Sequence record: PP355766.1
Length of the DNA stretch: 64,000 nucleotides
Strand: one strand, 5' to 3'
Both the position numbers and the translations under genes were made by a program. A model generated the notes under the pieces. That model was given only the letters and a program-made list of their open reading frames with translations. It made no database searches and had not been told where the DNA came from. Shown piece after piece: positions 38,905 through 47,748 of this stretch (position 1 is the stretch's first letter; every line of letters starts with the position of its first letter).

Positions 38905-39147
38905 TCAATCTTTGAGAGATTTTAGCTCTTCGAGCATATCGTAGTATTCTTTACTAGCAACCGGAGCTACAGTGCAGTGGTAGCTATTGAATTCATGGTA
39001 TTTCACGAAGCGTTCTAGGTGCCACTTAATCAGATTGTTAATTCGGTGAAGCAGAACCCCATCTGAACCGACGTAGACAACTACTTCAAATTGAAGCCCA
39101 TCCCAAATTCTGGTACGGACGATATCACCTACATTAAATGTTTTCAT
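38905..39147 (-). CDS. Hypothetical protein
   Basis: MKTFNVGDIVRT..., ATGA-coupled to the upstream ORF. Confidence 0.65.
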   Translation of the reverse strand: MKTFNVGDIVRTRIWDGLQFEVVVYVGSDGVLLHRINNLIKWHLERFVKYHEFNSYHCTVAPVASKEYYDMLEELKSLKD

Positions 39148-39332
39148 GCGATGTACCAATGTTCGTTTTGCCAAGACTCGCCCTTGTACCAGCGAGTCAT
39201 ATCATATCCGTTCTCGTCACGGATAGCGCCATTACGCATATAGAAGTACTCGTCATCAGTAAAATACTCATGCTTAACGATACATCCTTTACTCATAGCT
39301 TCTAGAGCTTCTTGCCAATTTAACCAATTCAT
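39144..39332 (-). CDS. Hypothetical protein
   Basis: MNWLNWQEALEAM.KG..V pattern; GAGG RBS; its promoter is lost at the junction near 39350. Confidence 0.65.
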   Translation of the reverse strand: MNWLNWQEALEAMSKGCIVKHEYFTDDEYFYMRNGAIRDENGYDMTRWYKGESWQNEHWYIA

Positions 39333-39353
39333 ATTTTCCTCTCGAGTTAAACG

Positions 39354-39383
39354 GTTTACAAGCTGGTTAGCAGATGATATTAT
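39354..39383 (+). promoter_or_regulatory. Early promoter for motA
   Basis: GTTTAC-18 nt-TATTAT. Confidence 0.8.
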
Positions 39384-39428
39384 AGTCTCATACCAAACAA
39401 ATTGAACAAAACAGAATGGAGAATCACA

Positions 39429-40073
39429 ATGTCTAAAGTAACTTACATCATCAAAGCTTCCGAAGATGCTCTGAATGAAAAAACTGCTGCTATCCTGGTT
39501 CAGGTAGCTAAAAAGGATTTCATCACTTCTGCTGAACTGCGTGAAATCCTTGAAGAAACCATGAACGCAGGTTCTGTTAACTCAAACATCGGTGTTCTGA
39601 TTAAGAAAGGTCTCATCGAGAAATCTGGTGACGGTTTAATCATCACTGGTGAAGCACAGGACATCATCTCTAAAGCAGCAGTTATCTATGCAGAAGAGAA
39701 CAAGCCTGAACTTCTGAAGAAACGCAATACTCGTAAAGCTCGTCCTCTGACTGAAGATATGAATGAGCACAAAGACCTGATGATGAAACTTCTCGGTGAG
39801 ATGGAAGATATCTTGCCTCTGAAAGAGCTTACAGTTTACCGTAGTAACTATATCGCAGTTCTGGAAAAACGTACCTTCGGTATTCGTAGTCTTGAAGTTA
39901 ACAACAAAGGCACTTTCCGTATCTTCGGTTACAAAATTTCTGAAGAGCATCAGAAACACTTCACTGACCTCGGAATGTCTTGCCGTGTAGCTGCAACAGG
40001 CAATACTTACTTAGATATCGCCCGTACTGCCGAAAACATTGAAACCATCATCCGCTCTATTAAGGAACTGTAA
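39429..40073 (+). CDS. motA: Middle transcription activator MotA
   Basis: MSKVTYIIKAS.D.LNEKTA.IL...NSNIGVLIKKGL.EKSGDGLIITGEAQDII. Confidence 0.96.
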   Translation: MSKVTYIIKASEDALNEKTAAILVQVAKKDFITSAELREILEETMNAGSVNSNIGVLIKKGLIEKSGDGLIITGEAQDIISKAAVIYAEENKPELLKKRNTRKARPLTEDMNEHKDLMMKLLGEMEDILPLKELTVYRSNYIAVLEKRTFGIRSLEVNNKGTFRIFGYKISEEHQKHFTDLGMSCRVAATGNTYLDIARTAENIETIIRSIKEL

Positions 40074-40414
40074 TGAACAAGTTTAAAGTATTGAATGAAC
40101 TTCAGCGTTGTGTAGAAAAAGTTAACTTGAATGCTAATATCCCAACTGATTGTTGGGATGTATGGTTCCGTGGGCACTTTATCGGATACATTGATAAGAA
40201 ATTCGCAAAATGCTATGCTATCTACAATGCAGATGGTAAACATATCATGGATGTAGATAACTACCAAAAGGCCCTTGCTAAATTTGTTCCAATGGCGGAA
40301 GCTATTAACTCAATGGAATGGTTAGAGAAAATGCAGGGTGAACCTGTTATTCGTCAAATTGGTATTCGTGAAAAGAAAAGTTTGTGGCAGAAAATTAAAG
40401 GATTCTTTAAATGA
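40073..40414 (+). CDS. Hypothetical protein
   Basis: 113 aa; coupled to motA. Confidence 0.7.
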   Translation: MNKFKVLNELQRCVEKVNLNANIPTDCWDVWFRGHFIGYIDKKFAKCYAIYNADGKHIMDVDNYQKALAKFVPMAEAINSMEWLEKMQGEPVIRQIGIREKKSLWQKIKGFFK

Positions 40415-40590
40415 CTGAACAAGAAATTAATGATTTGATTATGAATCTTGTGAAAGATATTAATACCCGGGCTCTTCACAAATACCAAAACGGTGAAGCA
40501 TGGACAATTGCAGACTGTAAGAAAGGTGCAGACCATGGCCGTGAAGTTATTAAAACCTTTAACGAGAAGTTAGTCAAATGCGTAATGTAA
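40411..40590 (+). CDS. 59-aa hypothetical protein
   Basis: MTEQEINDLIMNLVKD...; fills the gap; not in the ORF track. Confidence 0.6.
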   Translation: MTEQEINDLIMNLVKDINTRALHKYQNGEAWTIADCKKGADHGREVIKTFNEKLVKCVM

Positions 40591-40940
40591 ATAGCGAAAT
40601 TCCAGAAATCTGCTTTAAAGTAGCTGATTGGTGGGATGGACGATTACTTCAACGTCGTATCGTTTGTGCAGCAAATCGTTTTGAATTGAAAACTGGTGGA
40701 ACAATTGTAGTTCCAGGCACTCGCCACTATTCTGTTGATATGGCGAACGTTCTAGATATGTTCCGTGACAAATTGGTTTCTGACCATGTCCATGGAGACA
40801 ATCAAGGATTTGTTGACCAATGGGGCGAGTACTTCACACGTGAAGAAGCATTAATCATCGCTACACATGCAGGACAAGTTAATACAGTTCGTCCTAAATC
40901 AGGACCAGCCAATGAATTATTCTCAGAGGATTTATACTAA
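40578..40940 (+). CDS. Conserved hypothetical protein (arn.3-like)
   Basis: RRIVCAANRF...RHYS...QGFVDQWG.YFTREEA...LFSEDLY. Confidence 0.7.
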   Translation: MRNVNSEIPEICFKVADWWDGRLLQRRIVCAANRFELKTGGTIVVPGTRHYSVDMANVLDMFRDKLVSDHVHGDNQGFVDQWGEYFTREEALIIATHAGQVNTVRPKSGPANELFSEDLY

Positions 40941-41242
40941 TGATTAGTACATTAAAGAATAACATTACGCTTTTAAAAATTCAACGTAAATCGCTTCAGC
41001 GCTCATTAGAAATGATGGACAATAATTGGGGTACATATACCAATGAAGCCGGGTTTAAAATGGCAGATAGCAAATTCATGAAAACTCTCATGGATAAAGA
41101 ATACATCTGCCCGTTTAGCCATCCATTTAATGGCGGTGCTAAACCATTTCTTGCTGAAATGTACAAAATAATGACGGAAGAAATGATTAAAGATATTGAC
41201 TATTACATCAAGGAACTTGAATGCAAGGAAGATAAAGCGTGA
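40940..41242 (+). CDS. arn.2: arn.2-like protein
   Basis: QRSL.MMD.NWG...CPFSHPFNGGAKPFLAE resembles T4 Arn.2. Confidence 0.7.
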   Translation: MISTLKNNITLLKIQRKSLQRSLEMMDNNWGTYTNEAGFKMADSKFMKTLMDKEYICPFSHPFNGGAKPFLAEMYKIMTEEMIKDIDYYIKELECKEDKA

Positions 41243-41451
41243 GAACAATAAGCGCCAAGGCAGATTACTTCAATAGCTTAAATCGTTCAGAAAAGGCTCA
41301 AATTAAACGGTTTATCTTGGAATTGGGATATGTGCATGCCGGAGATTTAAAAGCACATATCCAAGAATGTGGTATTGCTAAGCGTTTTGATATTACACGC
41401 AACTGCTTAAATGAGGTAATTGCACATGTACAACCCAGTAGCGAAGAATGA
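41239..41451 (+). CDS. Hypothetical protein
   Basis: 70 aa; coupled. Confidence 0.6.
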   Translation: MRTISAKADYFNSLNRSEKAQIKRFILELGYVHAGDLKAHIQECGIAKRFDITRNCLNEVIAHVQPSSEE

Positions 41452-41551
41452 CTTTAACAAAGGAGGCGCGCATAAAGATAAAAAGCGTGCTGCCAAAGAA
41501 TCAAAACGTAAGCAAAAACACAAAGGTAAAGACAATGCGCATTCTGAATAA
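41426..41551 (+). CDS. arn.1: arn.1-like basic peptide
   Basis: MYNPVAKNDFNKGGAHKDKKRAAKESKRKQKHKGK resembles T4 Arn.1; not in the ORF track. Confidence 0.75.
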   Translation: MYNPVAKNDFNKGGAHKDKKRAAKESKRKQKHKGKDNAHSE

Positions 41552-41813
41552 TTCCAAATGTACTACTTTAACTATTATTTGTGATGACCTAGAAGCTCTC
41601 CACAAGAAATTAGGGGACCATTCTGGATTAGTAGCAGATATCCATTCTGAACTAATGGAAGACCTTCAGAACGTTGGATATGGGGACTGGATGGTACATG
41701 ATTGGAATAATGGCACCTTTACTGTAGCTATTATCGCTAATGTTGAACCTGAAGAAGTTATTGAACAATTTCAGAAATGTGTTGATGCTTATGACATTGG
41801 AGATTATCTATGA
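41535..41813 (+). CDS. arn: Probable Arn (anti-restriction DNA mimic)
   Basis: 92 aa, acidic, C-terminus YDIGDYL; sits between arn.1 and asiA; sequence similarity is weak. Confidence 0.55.
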   Translation: MRILNNSKCTTLTIICDDLEALHKKLGDHSGLVADIHSELMEDLQNVGYGDWMVHDWNNGTFTVAIIANVEPEEVIEQFQKCVDAYDIGDYL

Positions 41814-42136
41814 ATACTGAAGCTTTACGCAGAGAAGATGAAGCCAAGGCATATCATAAACGCGTTGAATTGCTTTCAGCAATTAAAGTAGAATATACTT
41901 TACAAGTTAGGCTTAAAGTTCTTAACTCTTGGGCTAATGACTTAGAAGTAAAACATTTAGAGCAAGCAGTAATGTTTACGTTTAACCAGGACACTTCTAA
42001 GCCATTCAGTTTGTCAGCCGACTTTTACACGTATGGAATTATTACTATTAAAGCAAAGGATAGAGGTGACATTATAAGTGGAGTTGAGTATATCGAAAGC
42101 ATTTTAGGTAATCGCGGAGAGGTAGTTTTAGCATGA
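41810..42136 (+). CDS. Hypothetical protein
   Basis: 108 aa; coupled. Confidence 0.65.
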   Translation: MNTEALRREDEAKAYHKRVELLSAIKVEYTLQVRLKVLNSWANDLEVKHLEQAVMFTFNQDTSKPFSLSADFYTYGIITIKAKDRGDIISGVEYIESILGNRGEVVLA

Positions 42137-42399
42137 GTCATAACTTAGAATCTGTCGTTGAATCACAAAGATATCTCGAAGCGTTAATGAATAAAATCGC
42201 GCTTGGGAGTCTTATCGACTTGTCTTTTCAAGAGGCAATTGACGTATGTCACTGGATGAATCGTAGGGTTCGTCCAATTGGAAAGGAATGGTATTTAACG
42301 GCTAGAGTAAAAGATGGTCGCTACGGGCTCTGGATGTCCTCTGGTGCTGAGTATATCACTACCAAGGAAGATTTGAATTCTCGTTGGGAATTGGCATAA
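42133..42399 (+). CDS. Hypothetical protein
   Basis: 88 aa; coupled. Confidence 0.65.
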   Translation: MSHNLESVVESQRYLEALMNKIALGSLIDLSFQEAIDVCHWMNRRVRPIGKEWYLTARVKDGRYGLWMSSGAEYITTKEDLNSRWELA

Positions 42400-42403
42400 A
42401 CTG

Positions 42404-42433
42404 GTTTACAACGCGGTATCAAGATGATACTAT
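42404..42433 (+). promoter_or_regulatory. Early promoter for asiA
   Basis: GTTTAC-18 nt-TACTAT. Confidence 0.85.
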
Positions 42434-42466
42434 AATCACATAATCCATTATGTTGTAGGAAAAATA

Positions 42467-42739
42467 ATGACTAAGTTTGAAATTGTCCAAGAAATTGTTA
42501 CTGTTGCTTCTATTCTGACTAAGTTCAATGCTGAACATATCATGGAGAAGCGAGATGAATTTATTGCGTTCTTGAATGAAATTGGAATCAAGAATGAGCA
42601 GGGGCGTCAGTTAAATCAGAGCAACTTTCGTAAAATGGTTTCTGAGTTAACTGACGAAGAGAAGAGAATTCTCGTTGAAGAATACAACGAGGGATTTGAG
42701 TCTATCTATCGAACAATGGCTATGCATAGTAATAAGTAA
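42467..42739 (+). CDS. asiA: Anti-sigma70 / co-activator AsiA
   Basis: EIVTVASIL.KF...FIAFLNEIG...LNQ.NFRK.VSELT...NEGFE; 90 aa. Confidence 0.95.
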   Translation: MTKFEIVQEIVTVASILTKFNAEHIMEKRDEFIAFLNEIGIKNEQGRQLNQSNFRKMVSELTDEEKRILVEEYNEGFESIYRTMAMHSNK

Positions 42740-43396
42740 TCACTTAGCTCTTCCAAGAGCTCTAACCGCCTGACCACATATCGATGTTAGTCTTTCGTTA
42801 GATAATGCAGGTTTGGAATTGTACCAGTACATTTCAACAGTTCCAGCATAAACATTGTCTAAATTGAAATATGGACAGCTAAACATATACGATATTTCAG
42901 GCGGTTTTCTTTTTGTTGGTAAGAAAACAAATTCCTTATCCGTCCAAAAATATCTACCCGATAAATGCGTGCTATATTCAGCAGTTGTTTTGTCGATTGG
43001 ATATCCTCCCAAGTTTTTAGAATCTACCGTGCTAGGTAAAGTCCCCTCATAAGCAATTAAGTCTACGAAGTAGTTCAAGTTTTTAGGTCTGAACGTAAAG
43101 ACCGCAGAAAAGTCTGCACCGCTTGAGATATGTACTATCTGGAGTTGTTCGAGTGCTGTGTTATCAAATCGGGCATCCCTATCCTTTTGAACCAGTTTAT
43201 CATACTTATCATAAGTACTATCGACGTAAGCAGTAATAAGACTATCTGACTTATAACCAGCAAACGCCAACAATGCTAAAAGTACGACAACAAAAACACG
43301 GGAAAAGAGAACTCTTCCCGTGGCTCCATCTTTGAATAATAGCTCGAGCAACCCAAGAAACATATCAAAAAATGGTATTGATTGTTTGCTTGCCAT
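42740..43396 (-). CDS. t: Holin T
   Basis: 218 aa, single N-terminal TM, LQIVHISSGADFSAV..FRPKNLNYFVD, CPYFNLDN.YAG; convergent with asiA. Confidence 0.95.
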   Translation of the reverse strand: MASKQSIPFFDMFLGLLELLFKDGATGRVLFSRVFVVVLLALLAFAGYKSDSLITAYVDSTYDKYDKLVQKDRDARFDNTALEQLQIVHISSGADFSAVFTFRPKNLNYFVDLIAYEGTLPSTVDSKNLGGYPIDKTTAEYSTHLSGRYFWTDKEFVFLPTKRKPPEISYMFSCPYFNLDNVYAGTVEMYWYNSKPALSNERLTSICGQAVRALGRAK

Positions 43397-43418
43397 ATTG
43401 CTCTCCTTACAGAGCTAT

Positions 43419-43493
43419 TTATTGCTCTAGCATATGCTTAATATGCTGTAAACGACAGTTGGAAAGTTCGTCCATCATTGGCGTAAAGCCAAT
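43419..43493 (-). pseudogene. C-terminal remnant of the gene upstream of t (gp38 position)
   Basis: IGFTPMMDELSNCRLQHIKHMLEQ*; the stop overlaps a late-promoter-like AATAAATA before t. Confidence 0.5.
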
Positions 43494-43582
43494 TTATCTT
43501 TGTTATTAGCAATTCCCATACGAGTCAGAGTTTCTTTAACTTTCAGGAAGTCTTCAGGCTGTTTCAGTGTAATTTCAATCAT
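43494..43582 (-). pseudogene. regA: Translational repressor RegA, first ~30 codons
   Basis: MIEITLKQPEDFLKVKETLTRMGIANNKDK is nearly identical to the T4 RegA start; cut at the junction. Confidence 0.92.
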
Positions 43583-43584
43583 CT

Positions 43585-44151
43585 TTACCATTCCAATGCT
43601 GTTTTCTTAAGATTTTTCTGTTCTTTCACGTTTTTCGTGATTGTCTTGAGCAATTCATCAGTCACAAGACCTTTCATTTTCTTGAGAGCAGGTTTAAGCT
43701 TGTTTTTAGCTTCCAGGGTCTCTCTATACATCCTAGCATCAATCGCATTGACCTTGTAATATGTCATTATAACTTGAAGAATCAATGCATCCTGGATGTT
43801 TTCTGTTAACTTAGCCCATTTCCCATACCGACGACCTCTAGGAACAGAGGCCATCATATAGTTATAGTGTGCTTGGTCAGATAACCCTTGACCAACAAGG
43901 TTCATAACATAAACCGCAGGCATACAGTCGGCATGCTGAGAAAGAGCGTTTTCAACCATGAATTTTGAATAATCCATCGTCGAGATATTCAAATGCTCTT
44001 GCTTTTCGTTAATAGACCCGATAATTGTGAAGAATTGATTTTCTGCTTTTTCTTTATATGAATCAGATAATTCCTGGACTTTCGTCCAGTCTTTACCTAA
44101 CCACGCTATTTGGTGCTCGTTATACTGATCATCATCTTCAAATAAACTCAT
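43585..44151 (-). CDS. 62: Clamp loader small subunit gp62
   Basis: MSLF start, YSKFMVENALSQH.DC.PAVY.MN, RRYGKWAKL. Confidence 0.93.
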   Translation of the reverse strand: MSLFEDDDQYNEHQIAWLGKDWTKVQELSDSYKEKAENQFFTIIGSINEKQEHLNISTMDYSKFMVENALSQHADCMPAVYVMNLVGQGLSDQAHYNYMMASVPRGRRYGKWAKLTENIQDALILQVIMTYYKVNAIDARMYRETLEAKNKLKPALKKMKGLVTDELLKTITKNVKEQKNLKKTALEW

Positions 44152-45113
44152 CATTTCCACTGCATCTCTACAACAAGTTGAATAAGCATATAAACCAAAT
44201 GTAATTCAATCGAAGCTGCTATGCCATGATACTGGTTATTTTCACCGATGATTTCATACATTCGGATAATGCTTGGGCCAGTAACCATTGTATACAGCTC
44301 AGAAGAAAGTTTATCTACAAACCAAGTATAGTCTGCTGCATATTTCGGAACAAGAGCACGGAGTTCTTTGATGTTCTTAGTTTTAATAGCTTCGATGACA
44401 TCTTCAATTGAACCACGGTCATTCAGAACGATAGACAAGATACCTGCATCAATCACACCCTTAGAAGAATAATGATCAAGCATGTTAATAGTCTTACGGA
44501 ATTCTGGAAAATTCTTTTTGACCAAAGCAGCTACAACTTTCTTATCTTCAACTACCACGCCTTCATTTTCACAAATTGCGAGACAACGCTTGAGCATCTC
44601 GATTTGCATTGGCTTAACATCAGATGGAGATGGTTTACCAAAATTAATTACACGGCAACGAGACTGAAGAGGTTTAATGATACCGTCAAGATTGTTTGCA
44701 GTAATGATAATAGTACAGTTTGTACTATACGCTTCCATGAATGAACGCAGATGTCGTTGAGATTCTGCAAGACCTGCACGGTCAAATTCGTCAATCACGA
44801 TAATTTTCTGCTTGCCTGCAATAGAAGCAGAACTTGCAAATGCAGTTAACGGTCCACGAACGAAATCAATCTTACAGTCAGAACCATTCACGAACATCAT
44901 TTCAGCATTAATGTCATTACACAATGCTTTAGCTACTGTGGTCTTACCAGTACCAGGAGAAGTGCTATGGAGAATTAAATGAGGAATTTTTCCTTTAGCT
45001 ACTAAAGCTGAAAAAATTTCTTTATCTTCAGCAGGAAGTACACACTCAGAAATAGTACCTGGACGATATTTCTGTTCCCACATGAAGTCTGCTTCGTTTA
45101 CTGTCAATTTCAT
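44151..45113 (-). CDS. 44: Clamp loader ATPase gp44
   Basis: EQKYRP, SPGTGKTT, DEFDR, SRC motif; 320 aa. Confidence 0.97.
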   Translation of the reverse strand: MKLTVNEADFMWEQKYRPGTISECVLPAEDKEIFSALVAKGKIPHLILHSTSPGTGKTTVAKALCNDINAEMMFVNGSDCKIDFVRGPLTAFASSASIAGKQKIIVIDEFDRAGLAESQRHLRSFMEAYSTNCTIIITANNLDGIIKPLQSRCRVINFGKPSPSDVKPMQIEMLKRCLAICENEGVVVEDKKVVAALVKKNFPEFRKTINMLDHYSSKGVIDAGILSIVLNDRGSIEDVIEAIKTKNIKELRALVPKYAADYTWFVDKLSSELYTMVTGPSIIRMYEIIGENNQYHGIAASIELHLVYMLIQLVVEMQWK

Positions 45114-45140
45114 TTATATTTCCTCATTCAGATTAAAGAT

Positions 45141-45154
45141 GGGGCCGAAGCCCC
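45141..45154 (-). terminator. UUCG hairpin between 45 and 44
   Basis: GGGGC-TTCG-GCCCC on the minus strand. Confidence 0.7.
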
Positions 45155-45161
45155 GAAGTTA

Positions 45162-45863
45162 TTACTCAAAATCAAAGGTACTGTCTGCTTCCATTGCTAC
45201 TACATAAGAGGCTGATGCACCTTCAAATTTTGCGGCAGTCTGTTTCTTGGAGCCATTCATTTTTGCCCACAGCATCAGTTTATAATCGCCGATAGTCATT
45301 TTCATATTGCTCATGTTGATGATAAAGTTGAAGTTACCGTCACCTTCATAATCACCGAGGGTCAGGGAATACTTCGGACGAGTCAGTGCAGCGTCTTCTA
45401 CTTTATTATAACCACGCAGAACAATTTTACCATCAACATTGGTGATAGCAATTGTGTCAATCTGCATGCCACGAGATACTCGCATCAGCTGTTGCAGGTC
45501 TTCACCTTTAAAATCGATAATTACATTTGCTACCGGGAATGGGATCGGTTTAGTCGGGAACACGATTGTGCTCGGATCAGCTGCTGGCCAGAAAATAGTG
45601 GAACGAGCATCTTTAATTGCCAGGTTACCATCTTCCTGCATGATAATATCTGCATCGTCACCAACCAGAGACAGAATGCTCAGGAAACTGTTCAGGTCAT
45701 AAATTGCTACATCAGTATCGATGGTATCAGAAATTGTTGCTTCAGCATAAGTCGTACCATTAACAGCACGAGTCATGATAAAATTACCAGGTTTCAGCAT
45801 GATACCGGAGTTGATGGTGGAGAAGTTTTTCAGAATGTTCAGAGTTTCTTTAGAGAATTTCAT
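45162..45863 (-). CDS. 45: Sliding clamp gp45
   Basis: LKNFSTINSGIMLKPG.FIMTRAVNGTTYAEA, IYDLN.FL, YVVAMEADST. Confidence 0.97.
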   Translation of the reverse strand: MKFSKETLNILKNFSTINSGIMLKPGNFIMTRAVNGTTYAEATISDTIDTDVAIYDLNSFLSILSLVGDDADIIMQEDGNLAIKDARSTIFWPAADPSTIVFPTKPIPFPVANVIIDFKGEDLQQLMRVSRGMQIDTIAITNVDGKIVLRGYNKVEDAALTRPKYSLTLGDYEGDGNFNFIINMSNMKMTIGDYKLMLWAKMNGSKKQTAAKFEGASASYVVAMEADSTFDFE

Positions 45864-45898
45864 TTCAATACCTTTTAATTAAGTTCAGGATAATTATA

Positions 45899-46276
45899 TC
45901 AAGCTGCGAATGTAGCAGTTAATTCTTCTGCAACAATCTGACCTGCCGCAACGAGTTGCTCATCAGCATCTACACAGTAATCATTTTCTAGACGTTCGCC
46001 ACCGTGACGATCAGTAACAATTTTAGCACCAGCCTTGATTGATTCATTGTAATGCTTACGCATCAGTTCAATCCATTTTTCTGCGACTTCATCATCGATA
46101 GATTTATAGAAAGCAAAGCGAGCTTCGGAATCTTTAATCTTATCTTTGATAGCCTGTTTAGTTTCTTCGGTCAGAGCCAGAACCCAAGACTTACGAATAC
46201 GATTTTGGTTATTCGGGTTGGAATCTGCACGTACGTTTTTAACCTGGATATCTTTCACATCAACAAAATTAATCAT
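45899..46276 (-). CDS. rpbA: RNA polymerase-binding protein RpbA
   Basis: DVKDIQ.K.VR..SNP.NQN.IR..WVL...KWIELMRKH; likely start 46276. Confidence 0.9.
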   Translation of the reverse strand: MINFVDVKDIQVKNVRADSNPNNQNRIRKSWVLALTEETKQAIKDKIKDSEARFAFYKSIDDEVAEKWIELMRKHYNESIKAGAKIVTDRHGGERLENDYCVDADEQLVAAGQIVAEELTATFAA

Positions 46277-46286
46277 TATATTTACC

Positions 46287-46481
46287 TTAATCGTAATAAT
46301 CTTCAACCATCCAACCGGGATTCCTGTTGGACATGACTCTATTATATTCATTTCCCGTAAAAGCATCTCGTAACATTTCTTCAGTTACAAGATGGCGTTC
46401 ATCAGAAAATAAATTAACTAACACATAACGCTTTAATTCAGGAAAGGCCAACAGATGTTGGCCCGTAGTAAACTCATTCAT
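46287..46481 (-). CDS. 45.2: gp45.2
   Basis: FTTGQ.LLAFPELKRYVLVNLFSDERHLVTEEMLRDAF. Confidence 0.85.
   Translation of the reverse strand: MNEFTTGQHLLAFPELKRYVLVNLFSDERHLVTEEMLRDAFTGNEYNRVMSNRNPGWMVEDYYD
46341..46367 (-). promoter_or_regulatory. Middle promoter inside 45.2
   Basis: GATGCTTTT, then TATAAT. Confidence 0.65.
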
Positions 46482-47569
46482 TCCATCACCGTGAATCGTC
46501 CGACCTTCTTCATTTGAAGGTGTTGGCCATATGCCTGCGGGTCATGGTCACGGTGAGAAATAATAAACACATTGGCATCTACCATCTTATTAAGAATAGC
46601 AGTTATTGCCTTAACACCTTCTGCGTCGGTGGCCGAATCATAAACTTCATCAAGGAACAGACAGTTTATTTTAACACCAGAAACTTTTTCAGCAATATCA
46701 CGCCATGTGAATAGTAATGCTATATCGATTCGAGCTTTTTCACCTTGACTAAACGAGGCATAACTAAATTCTTCTCGTCCACGCGATTTAATCGTTTCAG
46801 AGAACTCTTCGTTCAGTGTGAACGAATAATCAGCTTCCATAATTTTTAGGTAGCTGTTAATTTGCTTATTGAACATCGGGATGTACTTCTTGATGATAGC
46901 TCCTTTAATACCGGAGTCTTTCAGCATTTCAGTTAAAATACCACGACGATATTTTTCCATAACCAAATTAGTTTTGACGAGGATAATTTTATCTAATTCT
47001 TCTTGTAGCAATTTAATCTTGTCTGAGTTATCAATAAACTCCTGGGATGCTTTATCAATTGCTGCTTTAATACGACGTGCTTTATCAACTGCAGTTAAAG
47101 TCATCTGCTTCAAATTACTCATTTGATTTTTGATGTCTCTTGCACGCGTACGAATAGTATTATACTCGCGAGCTAGTTCATCCAGTTCACTCTGGCGCGT
47201 CTTTAACTCGCCAAGAATGGTATTACATTCTTCAACATGATGATTAATCTTAGTTATTAGAGTGTCATTAGAATGCAAATCCTGCAAGCATGTTGGGCAA
47301 TGACCACCTTTATCATACAGTCCAAGAACCTTGGAATATGATTCAATTTTAGACCGAATTTTAAATGTTTTACCTTGAACTTCTTGGATTGACTCTGCTG
47401 GGTCGTCTCCAATTACTAACTCAAGCAGTTCTCTCTGAAGAGTTTCTAATTCTGCTTTATATCCACGGGCTTCATTGACTTGTTCATCATACATCGTTTG
47501 TAAACGAGCAACGTTATCACCAGAAAGTTTCTTCTGCTTTTCTGCATACTCGTGATGAGTTTTAATTTC
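46478..47569 (-). pseudogene. 46: Recombination nuclease gp46 (Rad50/SbcC-like), C-terminal ~360 aa; Walker A half missing
   Basis: CPTC zinc hook, SQGE signature, LFLDEV Walker B, ISH; frame continues upstream only to about 47569. Confidence 0.92.
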
Positions 47570-47739
47570 ATTGAGTTAACCCAGATGCCATCGCTGTTAT
47601 ACACCTTGACCTCTCCATAGTCGCATACAGATAGGTCTGCTTTGTTATATGCCTCAATGCCTCGATGAATGGTATCTGTGGCTGTTACAACAAAAGAGTG
47701 ACCTGACTGGTCACGGACCGCGCTAAACACAAAAATCAT
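47570..47739 (-). pseudogene. Hypothetical protein after gp41, cut at the junction
   Basis: MIFVFSAVRDQSGHSFVV..., then runs out of frame into gp46 sequence. Confidence 0.5.
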
Positions 47740-47748
47740 AAAATTTAC

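Noticed and set aside
47446-47739. 97-aa ORF overlapping gp46
   Set aside because: Chimera: about 57 real codons followed by out-of-frame gp46 sequence across junction 9.
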